Shown piece after piece: positions 13,027 through 23,753 of a DNA stretch of 64,000 nucleotides. The notes beneath the pieces are model-generated. The model was not told the origin of the DNA. It saw only the letters and a list, made by a program, of their open reading frames with translations, and did not search any database. Origin of the DNA: Amoebophrya sp. A120 (Eukaryota > Protista > Dinoflagellata); contig CAJINV010000005.1 of NCBI GenBank assembly GCA_905178155.1, positions 7,934,515-7,998,514 on the forward strand, written 5' to 3'. Both the position numbers and the translations under genes were made by a program. Position 1 is the first letter of the stretch, and every line of letters begins with the position of its first letter.

Positions 13027-13373
13027 TACGCCGCTCTTCACTGGTTAGACAACCACGATGGCGGCGGCAATAGTACTAAAGAGCTATGTACATAAACTGA
13101 AATCGTCGCCGCGTCAATCGCCACCGGTTGGCTACAGAAAAAAGAAGAACTTGTTTAGAGTGGTCCTGGTGCTGGTCGATGAAAGAACTACTAAACACCG
13201 GCCGGCCTGGGCGTGGTTTTTTTGTTTCGAGTACAACTTCGCTGTGAGTTAATGGCTCACGACCCTCCGCAGGATGAGCTTCTTCACAACATACCGCGCG
13301 CCACCTCGCCTGGAAAAATGCCCTCATGAGCCGGAAGACGAGCATGAGGTGGCATAGTCCTAGAAGATGTCGA

Positions 13374-16300
13374 TCATGTCGTGGATGGTATAATACCGTG
13401 AAAGCTCCTTCGATCCGCAGGCATCGAGGAAGCAGCCTGCTCCTGCTCCTCCCGCCCTGTCGCAGCATGCGCGGCCCCCTTCGCTGTGGCAGCTGACACC
13501 ATACCGCGCGCCTCCTCGTGGGGAACAAAAATGGGCTCATGACCCAGAAGATCGCCGAACGACTCTGGAGGGTCACTTTCCGCGAAACGGCCTCGCGGGA
13601 CTAGGTACGCCTTTTTGAGGTCGGCAAAGGGGTCCGGAGGGTCCGGCCCACCGAGGCCATCGCCCTCCCAGTCCTCAAGAGGGGGCATAGTCGTCGGTGG
13701 TACATCGCGAAATCTTCGATCCGCAGGAAACAAGGGAGCAGCCCGCCCCCGCTCCTCCTGCCTTCTCGCAGCGTGCGCCTCCTTCGCTTCGTTCGATAAA
13801 GCCCGATCAAAAGCAGACTTCATCCGGATCTGGATGCGAAAGACCTGGAACCACGCGGGAATCCACGCGAGCGTCGGGTCGGTATGGATGTGTCAGAGTT
13901 GAAATCGACAAAGTTGAAATAATTTGTCATGCATAAAATGGATGCCAGTTGGAAGCCAGTTTCCAAGTGGCGCATGACAAATTTCGGCGGTCCCTAAATC
14001 CAGGCTGTCATGCTGTTTAGGCAAAGACGAGTGATTTTCTCATGCTACCTTAGCAGCTCGAGCTGTAACCCCAAACAGGCTTACAATCGGCCCCACTTGC
14101 CTGCTCTGCAACACACGTGCCTCGGGTCATGCATTTTATGCATTACAGATTATTTCAACTTTGACGATTTCAAACCTGACACATCCATAGTCGGTGTTTG
14201 GTGAGTAAAAACGTCCCCGCCTTGTTCATCCCAGTGTTCTTATCATGCAAATCTGCAAGTACCCCAGAACGTCTGTCATGCGGCTCCGCATGACGGGCTC
14301 GGGCATTTTCTAACTATATATAATAAATATCGCGTTTGGTAAGAACTTGTTATGCGCGGGTCAGGGTAAGAGAGTGGATTTGTGATGCGTCTGGACTAGT
14401 ACCTAGGCAGAGAACTTGTCGCCGCGCCCCCAGAGAACTTGTCATGCGCCAGTCCCTAAACTTGTGGATTTGTCTAGCAGATGTATCCCCGTCTCGACTA
14501 TGGGGTCGTGGGGACGTTTTTGCGCATATCAAATGTAAAAATGTCTGGGTCTGGAAGATTGCCAGGTTTGTCATGCACATTTTGAATGACTCCTGATGTC
14601 TGTGATGCATGCCCTAGCATCACAGACTTTGTGAGAGCTTCCTGATGCCTATACCGCATGACAAATGCTCTTTCCGTGTAGCAAGACTTGGACTCTATTT
14701 GCTGCTCATGCAATACAGATGTTTTTAGAATCTACAATCAGCATGAGAAGTTGGATTCTTCCAGACATCCAGGGATTTTTACAGTTGATAGCGCAGGATA
14801 CGGCACGGACTTTTTCCAGGGGGTTGCGTCGGAAAATTTTCCGCCTCCTTGAAGCGGCCAATTCTGTGTCGATTTCTGGTTGCGTTAGAAAAAATATTTT
14901 TTCTCCCTGGTTCTGCGCTTCGCGCTGCGTGTTTCTCCGTGTGTTTTTCTCATCGGGAAAGCAACGAAGCAATCTGGTCGTGCGCGAGGATGCCGCGTCG
15001 ATCTTCTCTGTCATTACGAGTAAAAACTTGTTATCCTCAGCAAATACCGATCTGGGCCTGGAAGCGTAAGATAGACCTGTAGTGTGCCCTTCGAATGAAG
15101 CGAGTACAATTTCTATGCAAATAAAGCGCACGAGCGAGACATAATCTGTTGTGCCCGCCGACCGGTAATTATACCATTTCTCGTGCTTTTTCCGCATTGC
15201 ATAAGTACCCTTCAAAGTGTCGAACCTACCATAACATACATAAAGTCCGTTTCTCATGCACAGATCATGACTTGCATCGCAAGTTTCCAGACAGCTGCAA
15301 CCCAGATTTCGATATTTGCATTTGATACTTTCCCTGCTCCATGGCTCGCTTGTTCGCCTTCAAAAAAACATCTTCGGGGGTGCAAGAGGGATAAGAAACC
15401 GTTGCTCTACTACGAGACGACGGGCTGTTTTCATTCCTCGCCGCAAATCTTGCCAATCGCCTTGAATGTCCACTGTCCTCCGGAGGCGCACATCCCACCG
15501 ACTGCAGCAGAGCCACAGCCTCACGCAGCTTCGAAATACGGAGCCGCCATTTGGTTCGTTTCGCCGAGGAAGACAAGCGAAGACGTGGCGCCCATTTCTG
15601 GCTCCAGCTCTTCCGTATCAGAGTGCACAATTCCCCCGCACCCTCATTTCTTGTCAGACAAAATACCATACTCAAGCCTTGCATCGCTTTTTGGTACTAA
15701 ATCATGCATAACGAGTCCTCGAAGACGAAGCCCAAACCACACTACAATCCGTGCGTGGATTTGTCATGCGACAGCAGCCGCATTTGTGCCATTGGCATTG
15801 CTTGTGGTGCCGTTCATGCTCTACAAATAAGGGGGCGGGTGTGTACTCTCATATTCCGCCACGCGGTGCGGGAAAACCAGCCGCCACGAGATGAACGAGA
15901 GGAGCCGTTGTTTTGCTGGCCCGCTTCTTGAGGCGCATGTTCTGCGGCAAGGGCCGCCGCTTCGTTCGGCAATTCGCCGTTCTCCGCGTTTCCTTCCCTG
16001 AGCAGGTGGTGAAATTTCAGCCGCAAGGTCTTCACCAGGGTTCGGCCATCATCGGAGCAGAGCTCGTTGCGCGGCGGACGACCTGGTACAACCAGCCGCG
16101 AGGAAGACGAGGAGGACTGCTCATCTTCGTACTGTTTTTTGAAATCACCATTCCATACGAGCCACGAATCAAAGGCAAGCAGTGCCTCCGCAGCCTTGTC
16201 GAACTCTGTTTGCACAATCGACTTCGTGTCGTCCGGTTCGCGCCCCCTAATGTCGGGATCCGAGAAGACGCGCAGGTTCCTCTCGACCTGCTGAAGTTGC

Positions 16301-17249
16301 CTGCCGATGGCGTCATCGAATAACACGTCGTACATGTTCTGTGGCTTCTGGGTGAGAAGGTCGGGATCTCTTGGGTCGTGGTCCATATCCTGCAGAAAAA
16401 GGCAGGCAGGTCAGCGTCAGATTTGCATTAGCATTTGTAATATTTGCCAAAATGAATACACAAAAAATTGTGTAGTGCGTATCTAGCATGCAATGTGGAG
16501 GTCGCCAACGACAGACAGATTTTTTTGCGTATTCAATTTTGCATATGCAAATCAGACCTGCCTGTTTTTTTCTCTCTCGGATAGTCCAGGAACCTTGTCC
16601 AAGAATCGTAAACGGCAGGGCATACGCAATCGTGCAATTGCATGATCTCTTTTTCCTTCTTCAGCAAGTTCTCCCGCGCGCTCTGATAGGCCCGGAGATC
16701 ATTCTCGCGCCGTGCAGCTTCCTCCTCTTCTTCTTGTTCCGTGCGTGTTGTCCGAGGACCACCCCGCGCAGCAGGAGTCCCTGCACTAGCTGAAGAGGCT
16801 GCACCTTTTGCAGCCGGGGAGCTACTTCCTTCTCTCCTTTCACTAAACCACCCGCGTATCTTCCTCCAGTGCCGTCGCCCACTATTTTGTTGAACATCAG
16901 CGGGCGGAGGGTCGCGTGCCCTCGGTTCACGTGGAAGTGCTCCTGAAACGAGAGTCACAAAATGATACTTCTCTCCGTCCGGACTGTAGATCCGTTGTTC
17001 CGGGTCCTCGTTGTGCAGCAGATGAACATTAAATACAGTCGCGACTTCAAGCAGAACGGCGGAATACATGGATAGCTTCACCGCCGGCGAGTGCAGCTTG
17101 TGGTTGAAAAATGCAGCCATGACCTGAGAGGAATTCTCCAGGGACAGGAGCAGGAGCATGATCTTCGAAAAGCGGAACAAAACAGCTAACAGATCTCGTC
17201 CGCGACAGGAACATTTCCGGCCGCGGGGAGAAATCTTACACTTCATCAT
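13374..17249 (-). CDS. Multi-exon hypothetical protein with a hydrophobic N-terminal segment
   Basis: ORF pieces 16533-17249, 15814-16386, 15265-15684, part of 14706-15257 and 13374-13823 join in frame after removing seven elements (FLD|HDP, WRK|SWS, QI|DTEL, VRA|DPTLAW). No recognisable domain. Confidence 0.65.
13883..14189. mobile_element. Introner family F
   Basis: Long TIR TATGGATGTGTCAG..TTGAAATCG; flanks GTCGG/GTCGG. Confidence 0.92.
14197..14800. mobile_element. Introner family B carrying a nested family A element in its right TIR
   Basis: Left TTTGGTGAGTAAAAACGTCCCC; right GGGACGTTTTTGCGCA[A element]GCGCAGGATA; flanks CGGTG/CGGCA. Confidence 0.82.
14527..14790. mobile_element. Introner family A nested in family B
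   Basis: TIR; flanks GCGCA/GCGCA. Confidence 0.92.
14874..15046. mobile_element. Highly decayed introner-like intron
   Basis: TIR nearly lost; flanks TCGAT/CCGAT; removal plus 5 nt restores frame. Confidence 0.5.
15114..15327. mobile_element. Introner family A, degenerate
   Basis: Right TIR recognisable; flanks ATTTC/CTTTC. Confidence 0.65.
15616..15853. mobile_element. Introner family I
   Basis: TIR TATCAGAGTGCACA/TGTGTACTCTCATA; flanks TTCCG/TTCCG. Confidence 0.85.
16386..16583. mobile_element. Introner family J (single copy in window)
   Basis: TIR TATCC..AGAAAAA..CAGGCAGGTC; flanks GTCCA/GTCCA; removal restores frame. Confidence 0.85.
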
Positions 17250-19226
17250 GTTCTATTCTGTTCTACTTCCTTACGTCTTTTCTTGATTATTCCAAATTTA
17301 CCAAGTTATCAAAAGCACTTGAATCATACTTACTCGGAGGACGAGATTTTCATTTAGTACAACCGGGTCGTGAAATTAGGTGAGTATATGGTATATGTTT
17401 ATACGTACATTGAAAGCTGGAGTATATAAAGCGAACTCTACTTTGGATGATTTGGATTTTTGCAAATTTAAGAGCTCCTGTAGTTTTAGACTCTTGTTTG
17501 TTCAACTTGTGTTTTATCTCCTTCTTGTGCTGCTCTATTTTCAAATACTACCAAACTATAGGTGTTTGTAGTGCGAAAACTCCTCTACATGCGAAGAGGC
17601 GACGACGACGAGTCCAGATGTGTACCACTTGTGCAGCGTACTCAATCTGCGATTTTTTTTTCGTCATCAATAGCTTAGTGGACTAAATAAAACTGCTCCA
17701 CATCACAAGTGGAAGAACTACGGTCGTTGGCTACACAATCGAAACCATAGTTTTTACTCTCCACGGGGGTTCTTGGTCTACAAACTTATCCCCGACCACG
17801 TCGGCCTCAGAACTTTTCGATACACATACAGACATGATCTATATCTCAGATCGTGTCCTTGGTTCAAATTTTTGATCACTGTTGGATCACGACCGACTGT
17901 AGTTGTTGATCCTCTTCGATGTTGTACAACAGCTTGGCTGCACAAAAGATCTGATCTTCCTATTTCCTCTAATAGAGGATACTTTATCAATCATAGCACC
18001 TGGCTCCGAAAAATCTCATCGCGGCTCCGGCGGATCTGGTGTACTATGTGTGCTCGAACTTTAGAACTTCTTTTTTTTCCAGCCATCTTCCGCGGAATCA
18101 ATATAACCAGTCGTCGTGATCCCACACCTACCGAGCTTCTCTCGTGACAACACGATTTTGCAGATCAGTGGCGAGGTGACAGAAACAGCAACTCTGGTAA
18201 GTAGTACCTAATTTGAATACTGGACTCGAGCTCACGCAACACGAATTCACATAACACGAAAGAGCCTGACCTTGGCCTTGTTCAGAATCAGACCTACTCG
18301 CACAGCAGATAAAAATGATCCTTTCTATGAAAAGATGAGATTGTGTGGGGAAGAACATCAAATGGAGAATAAAAAAGACCCCCAGAACACGACCAACCCA
18401 TCAAGTGCAACTAGATGAACCGCTCTCCGCGACCTGTAGCGATTTTATTCTGCATCAGCACAATTTTTTTTTTTTTTAATACTGTGTAGTTGTTAATATT
18501 TTCGATTCTTTCACACGCCTCGGAGTGCGACATCTTCTTCGCTGTCGAAAGTAAGTACCGTGACAGCGAAGATAAACGTCGAGAAGCGTAAAAAGTACTA
18601 GTTCTACCGCGGTTTCTTGGAGTACAAAGATACAATTGTTTTTCATTGGAGTTTTGGAATTCTTTTTCGTTACTTCTCATGATATATTCAAGGTTTTTTT
18701 TTGAACGAAAAATATTTTTTTTTACTATACGGCAATGAAGTCGTGACACTGACATCATCAAACGACAATTTGCGTCGAGCGAAAGCAAAAAGTCCGAGTT
18801 TTTTTGAAATTATTCATGAAAAATTGCACAAAAAAAAGGCGTGAAGTTCTTCGCCTTCTTCTTGTTTTGATGGGTTCTTTAAACAGGATCCGTGGGTTCT
18901 CGTTCAAGTGCAAATTTTTTATCCCTATTCTGAATTCCATGGAGTTCAACACAGAACTACAAATGCAGAGGACTGCTGAAAAGCTAGACAAAAGTGGTGG
19001 AATTCACATCAAACAAGTGTAAGTACATCAGCAAGATGTTCTTTTAAGAGTAAGTGCTGGTGTCCAAAATTCTTCTATCGTGCTCAACAAATTCTTCATC
19101 TTGATACGATGCCGCCTTGTACACGACTTTGCGACACTTTCTCATGTTGGTTCATCACCACGACCACCACTTGTTCGGCAAACAAAAAATAAGCCTTCTT
19201 CCATTTTATATTTTTCCCCCTACTTA

Positions 19227-20867
19227 CTAGGCTTCGCAAGGAAAGGCATCCGGGTCATTTTCATGTCCTTTCGGGACGCAAAACCCCAATTTTTGGCTGT
19301 AGACGCAGCCCATCTGCGGGCAGGTATCCTTGCTTGGTGTGGGCGGATTGTAGTGCCCCGGATCGCCGCCCCCGTACATGATGTGGCAGATGTCTGTAGC
19401 ATCGTGCTGTCCTTTGTTCATCAGCGACGAAATTTCGGAGCAGCCAATGGTGTATCCTAAGGAAAAATCCCCCCGCCCAATAGCAAAAAGGCACGCCGAA
19501 GAAAATTTGCAATGCTGATTTGCGAACACAAATCATCTCCGTCTTGCAAGAATAAGAAAGCAACGCCACAGGTTCCGCCCCATTAATATGCAGGTGGTTT
19601 CATTTGCAATGCTGTTGTGCCTTTACAGCATGGACGTTCCTCATGCTAATTGCCTAGGCCAAAACCTTTCTACTGTTGCATGATATGGGCCTGCAGTCCT
19701 CTACGGCAACACAAATCTGATTTGTGTACATGTACTATACGCAAATTATGTATCCAGCATCAGAAATTTCGCTTTGATGTGGGGCCCTCGAGCGAGGGGG
19801 GATTTTTCCTTCTGATATCGTGCACAGCGTCACGCAAGCGGGAACGGCCACCGCCGCGAGCTCCGGAACCGCGGCAATCAGGGGAGCCATCCGGGCCGTG
19901 CAAATCGGGCCGGAGTCGAGGCCGACCAGGTAGCAGGGGCTTATCAAGTACAAAAATGTCTGGGTCTGGAAGACTCGGGGCTTGTCATGCACATTTCGCA
20001 TGACCCGTGAGGTCTGTGATGCAGGTCCTAGAATCACAGATAATTCTTTGAGGGCTTCTTGATGCTTATCACGCATGAGAAATGCAGCCCTCTCCGCGTG
20101 CGAAGAACTGGACTCCTCTTGCTGCTCATGCAACACAGATACTTTTAGAATCACCGTAGACAGCATTACATACAAGTTCCACCCTTCCAGACCCAGACAT
20201 ATTTGCATTTCATAGGGCTCGAGAACAGACCAATAATGGGCGGGAGAATCTGGTCGCAAATCGCTTCCGTGATGTTCACATTTGGGCTGCTGGGAGTGGT
20301 AGATGTACCGAGGTGCTGCTTAAAAATATTTTGGTGCTGGTTGTGCCCGAGGAACTTCTTTGTCTATCCTGAGTAAAAACGTCCCCACCCCAGAGTCCTC
20401 ATGCAAATCTGCATGGTAAAAATGCTTCTCATGCGGAGCCCCACGAGAGGGATTTTCTAGTCGTGTTTTGGAATTTGTGATGCTAGAATCACCAGCGCGC
20501 TATGCTAGATCTGTGACGCAGCTTCTGAACTAGCTAAACAGGACTACACTACGAGGACAAACAAACTTGTCATGCCAAACAAACAAAGCTGGCTGATTTG
20601 TCTAGCAGATTTCCCATCTTGACTCTGGTGTCGTGGGGACGTTTTCAATCAGGATAGAGGACGAGAGATCATCTTCTCATGGCGGGCGTCCTCGCTCCCG
20701 ACGACTCCAGCAGGACTTCCAGCGGGAACCAATGCCAGCACCCCTGCAGGTCCACCTCCCGTGATGTTCTCCTGATCCGAGCCAAGGCCCGAGTAGAAAC
20801 AAAACAGCATCATGGAAAATAAACGAGCCCGGGCGAGGAGCTTGCTCGACATCATCATTTTGCTCAT
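19227..20867 (-). CDS. Small cysteine-rich, probably secreted protein (possibly saposin-like)
   Basis: Four exons join: signal-like LFSMMLFCFYSGLG, then ICDQILPPIIGLFSSPCYL..ICTARM..ACVTLCTIGCSEISSLMNKGQHDATDICH..TCPQMGCVYSQKLGFCVP. The fold call rests on Cys spacing only. Confidence 0.7.
19453..19817. mobile_element. Introner family E
   Basis: TIR TATC..AAGGAAAAATCCCCC; flanks TGGTG/TCGTG. Confidence 0.9.
19942..20214. mobile_element. Introner family A
   Basis: TIR; flanks GGGCT/GGGCT. Confidence 0.92.
20365..20656. mobile_element. Introner family B without a matching TSD
   Basis: TIR intact; flanks TTGTC/GAGGA (1/5). Confidence 0.85.
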
Positions 20868-22107
20868 ATTAAAACGACGAGTCACTTGTTGATGTTCTGC
20901 TGAAAAAAGGCGAAATTTGATAGCGTTGGTTTGTGCTCAGTTAATTTTATTTGTTTACCGAAAAAAAGTGTAGGCTGTGTTTCTTGTTCGGCGAGAATTG
21001 TAATTATGGACGACGACGATATAACTCTTGATAGAATTACGCTGTATGCTTTTTACTTGTTTGTTGATACTGTTCGGCTGCGGATTCGTAGAAGTATTCA
21101 AGTGGTTGAAGTTGAAGATGTAGTGGTAGTTAGTGTCTTGTATGTCCCAAAATACATACATACACGATTCAGTATGTCCCAAAATAAGAGCTGATCGTGC
21201 GGTAGTTGTACCTGCTCTCGTCGTCGCGCAGCTAGTACGGGTACGCTGTACTCCAGTACTAGTACTTGCAAAGAGGACAGGAGACAGAAACTTCTACCGC
21301 GATAAAGGAGAAATCACGACCGACTAAAGTGCTTGTTTAATATTCACGATCGATGAACGTAGTAGTTGACGTTCCTTTACTTATTTCTCTGCATGGTCAT
21401 AGCACTTGATGCTTCTCACAAATTTGAAGATCTTCACTAGGGACTCCGTAGTACTAGGATCTTTTTTATCTGTGGTCCTCGTCCTCGGGGAACTTGTTTT
21501 CTTACCACGTGGATCATATTACAGCTGGGGGAGTGACATAGGAGAGCTTGCAGAAGAACCTCGAATTATTCAAGCCCGTGCAGATGTCGTGGGCCGTCCA
21601 ATTCTCCTGCTCCACTTCAACATCTAAAACAGGAGCCCCCTCGGGGAAAGCAGGAACAACAACAACTGCGAGGCTTCGACAAAAAAATTATCTTTTTGTG
21701 CTTTTACAATGAATGAGCCTTCTGTAGCTTATTTTTCCTTGGCGCCGTGTTGTTGCAACTAAGTATCTTATTTGATGTGCGTAAGGTCGTGAATGCTGCA
21801 GCTTCTGGGAAATTTGTTGCTCTGTGAAACTGTCTTATTATATTGCCGCATTCATTGTCGTGCTGTGCCTGCCCGAGGAAGTGACTTTGTTCTCAAGATG
21901 TTGAAATTGGTCGTGCTGCAATCTACTTGTTCCCACTACAACTACCCGCAGGATTTGTCATAAATATTGCACTGTCGTTGATGTCACATGTCGTCGATAG
22001 AATAAAAAGTTATTTCCTATTATGCGCAATAAAACCCTTGTTCGTGGTCAAACGGTTACGGTTCTTGTGTCATGCGCAAAATAAGAACTACCCATGGTAA
22101 AAAAGCA

Positions 22108-22645
22108 TCACATATCCATCATCGCATCGTCGTCCTCTGCTCCTCGGATGTAAAGCACGTTGTTGCACCGGATCAACATCTGTGATAAAAAGTGGTTTCC
22201 GTTATTTATTCGTATTTGGCATGGCAAATTCTCGATCAAGGTATAGGAACTTGTCATGCAAACCACACACAATGGCCGATTTTTGTCATGCAAGAATAAC
22301 TTCACAAACAACAGTGTACCTCGCCAATCTTGTCCTTGAAGACCCCGTTTATGTACTCTTCTGACTCGTACAGATGCAGGTTCATGTAGGCGTCGGTTGA
22401 CCTCAACATGCCCTGGTACTCCATTCCCCACTTCAGCTTGACAATCACCTGATTTATTTATGCATAACATGATAGTTTGTCATGCAATGTTGTGCATGGC
22501 CAATAATCTTTGCATTCGACACTTCTGCAATACAAATTCCTTTCCAGAGCACGCTGAGGTGCTGTAAATAAATCCAGTCGTGTAGTACCTTTTTGCCACA
22601 GAGCTCGTTCAGGAATGGCTTGGGGTTCTCTGGGACGCCCGACAT
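22108..22645 (-). CDS. SNRPF: Small nuclear ribonucleoprotein F (SmF)
   Basis: Exons 22589-22645, 22320-22448 and 22108-22179 give [75 protein letters not shown], matching SmF signatures [14 protein letters not shown] and [10 protein letters not shown]. Two GT-AG introns of 140 nt each. Confidence 0.97.
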
Positions 22646-23753
22646 GTTGATGTGTGTTTGGCGAGAGGAACTTAGGGTCTAACAATATTGAAAGTGAAAG
22701 TTGTCAAAACAAGAAATCGCTTTTATTTCCGGGATAAAAACTATATTTGTTTCGCACGAAAAAATAAAAAAAACAAATCAAATCAAACTCTTCGCGTAGA
22801 ACAGAATTAGACCTGGGTAGGAAAATTATAAATGGACTGTGGTCACACAATGATGTTGAATAGCATTTGCAGCTTTATGCGCCGGGATCGAGAATTGATT
22901 CTTTCACGGTCGTCGAAAACGCACCAGATGCAGAACAAATACAAATACAAAAGAATCCTCTTGGCGATTCAAAATTTTATCTTTTTTTCCAAAAGAAAAA
23001 CTCATCAAGATCGTCGTTTCATTTGAAGGACAAAAGATCGCGGCAAGATGTTGAACGGGAGTGTTCTACTTTTCGTACGTTCTCCTTCTCTTTCATTTTT
23101 GTTCCATGATCGGTTGTAAGGTCGAGCTTGTTGATAGATTCTTGTTCAGAGAAAAACTTTATCGAAGCAACTATAGTACGCCGATGACGACCATGCCGAA
23201 CAACTAGTTGTAGAACGCTATTGCGCCAAGAATGAAAAAAGAAAAACTACGTCTAAACTAGGATGAACCTCGCAGGAACAGATCTGAATGGACCACAGTT
23301 GATGAAACACCGTTTTTTGAAAACTGTGTGTCTTGTGTCGTCCCGTGAGAGGACTCTGGTATCAAAGTGGTCCTCCTCACGAGGGTTTTGCTTATGATCG
23401 TGATGTAATTCTTCTTTGATCATGTACAAAAGGTCAAAACTTGGTAGGACTTCTTATAAGCACTTCAGTGCCTTGTTTGTTCCCTCTTCATGCGCGAATA
23501 AATTCAACGAGCTGGTGGCACAATAGTTATTAGCTGTGGTACTTTTGTGGTTCTTTTGCAAGGACAGAAATTTCTTCGAACCGCACTTCGAGTAATAGAA
23601 GCATAAAAACTTGATGTTGTGCCTGTGCTTCCGGCGTTGGATTCAATTTGAATAAAAACAAGACGATAATCTTGCTCGACATGACCTGAGGCACGCGGCT
23701 CCACACGACACCCATGACCGTTCGCAGAGCGAATTAATAACTTAAGTCGTCTT

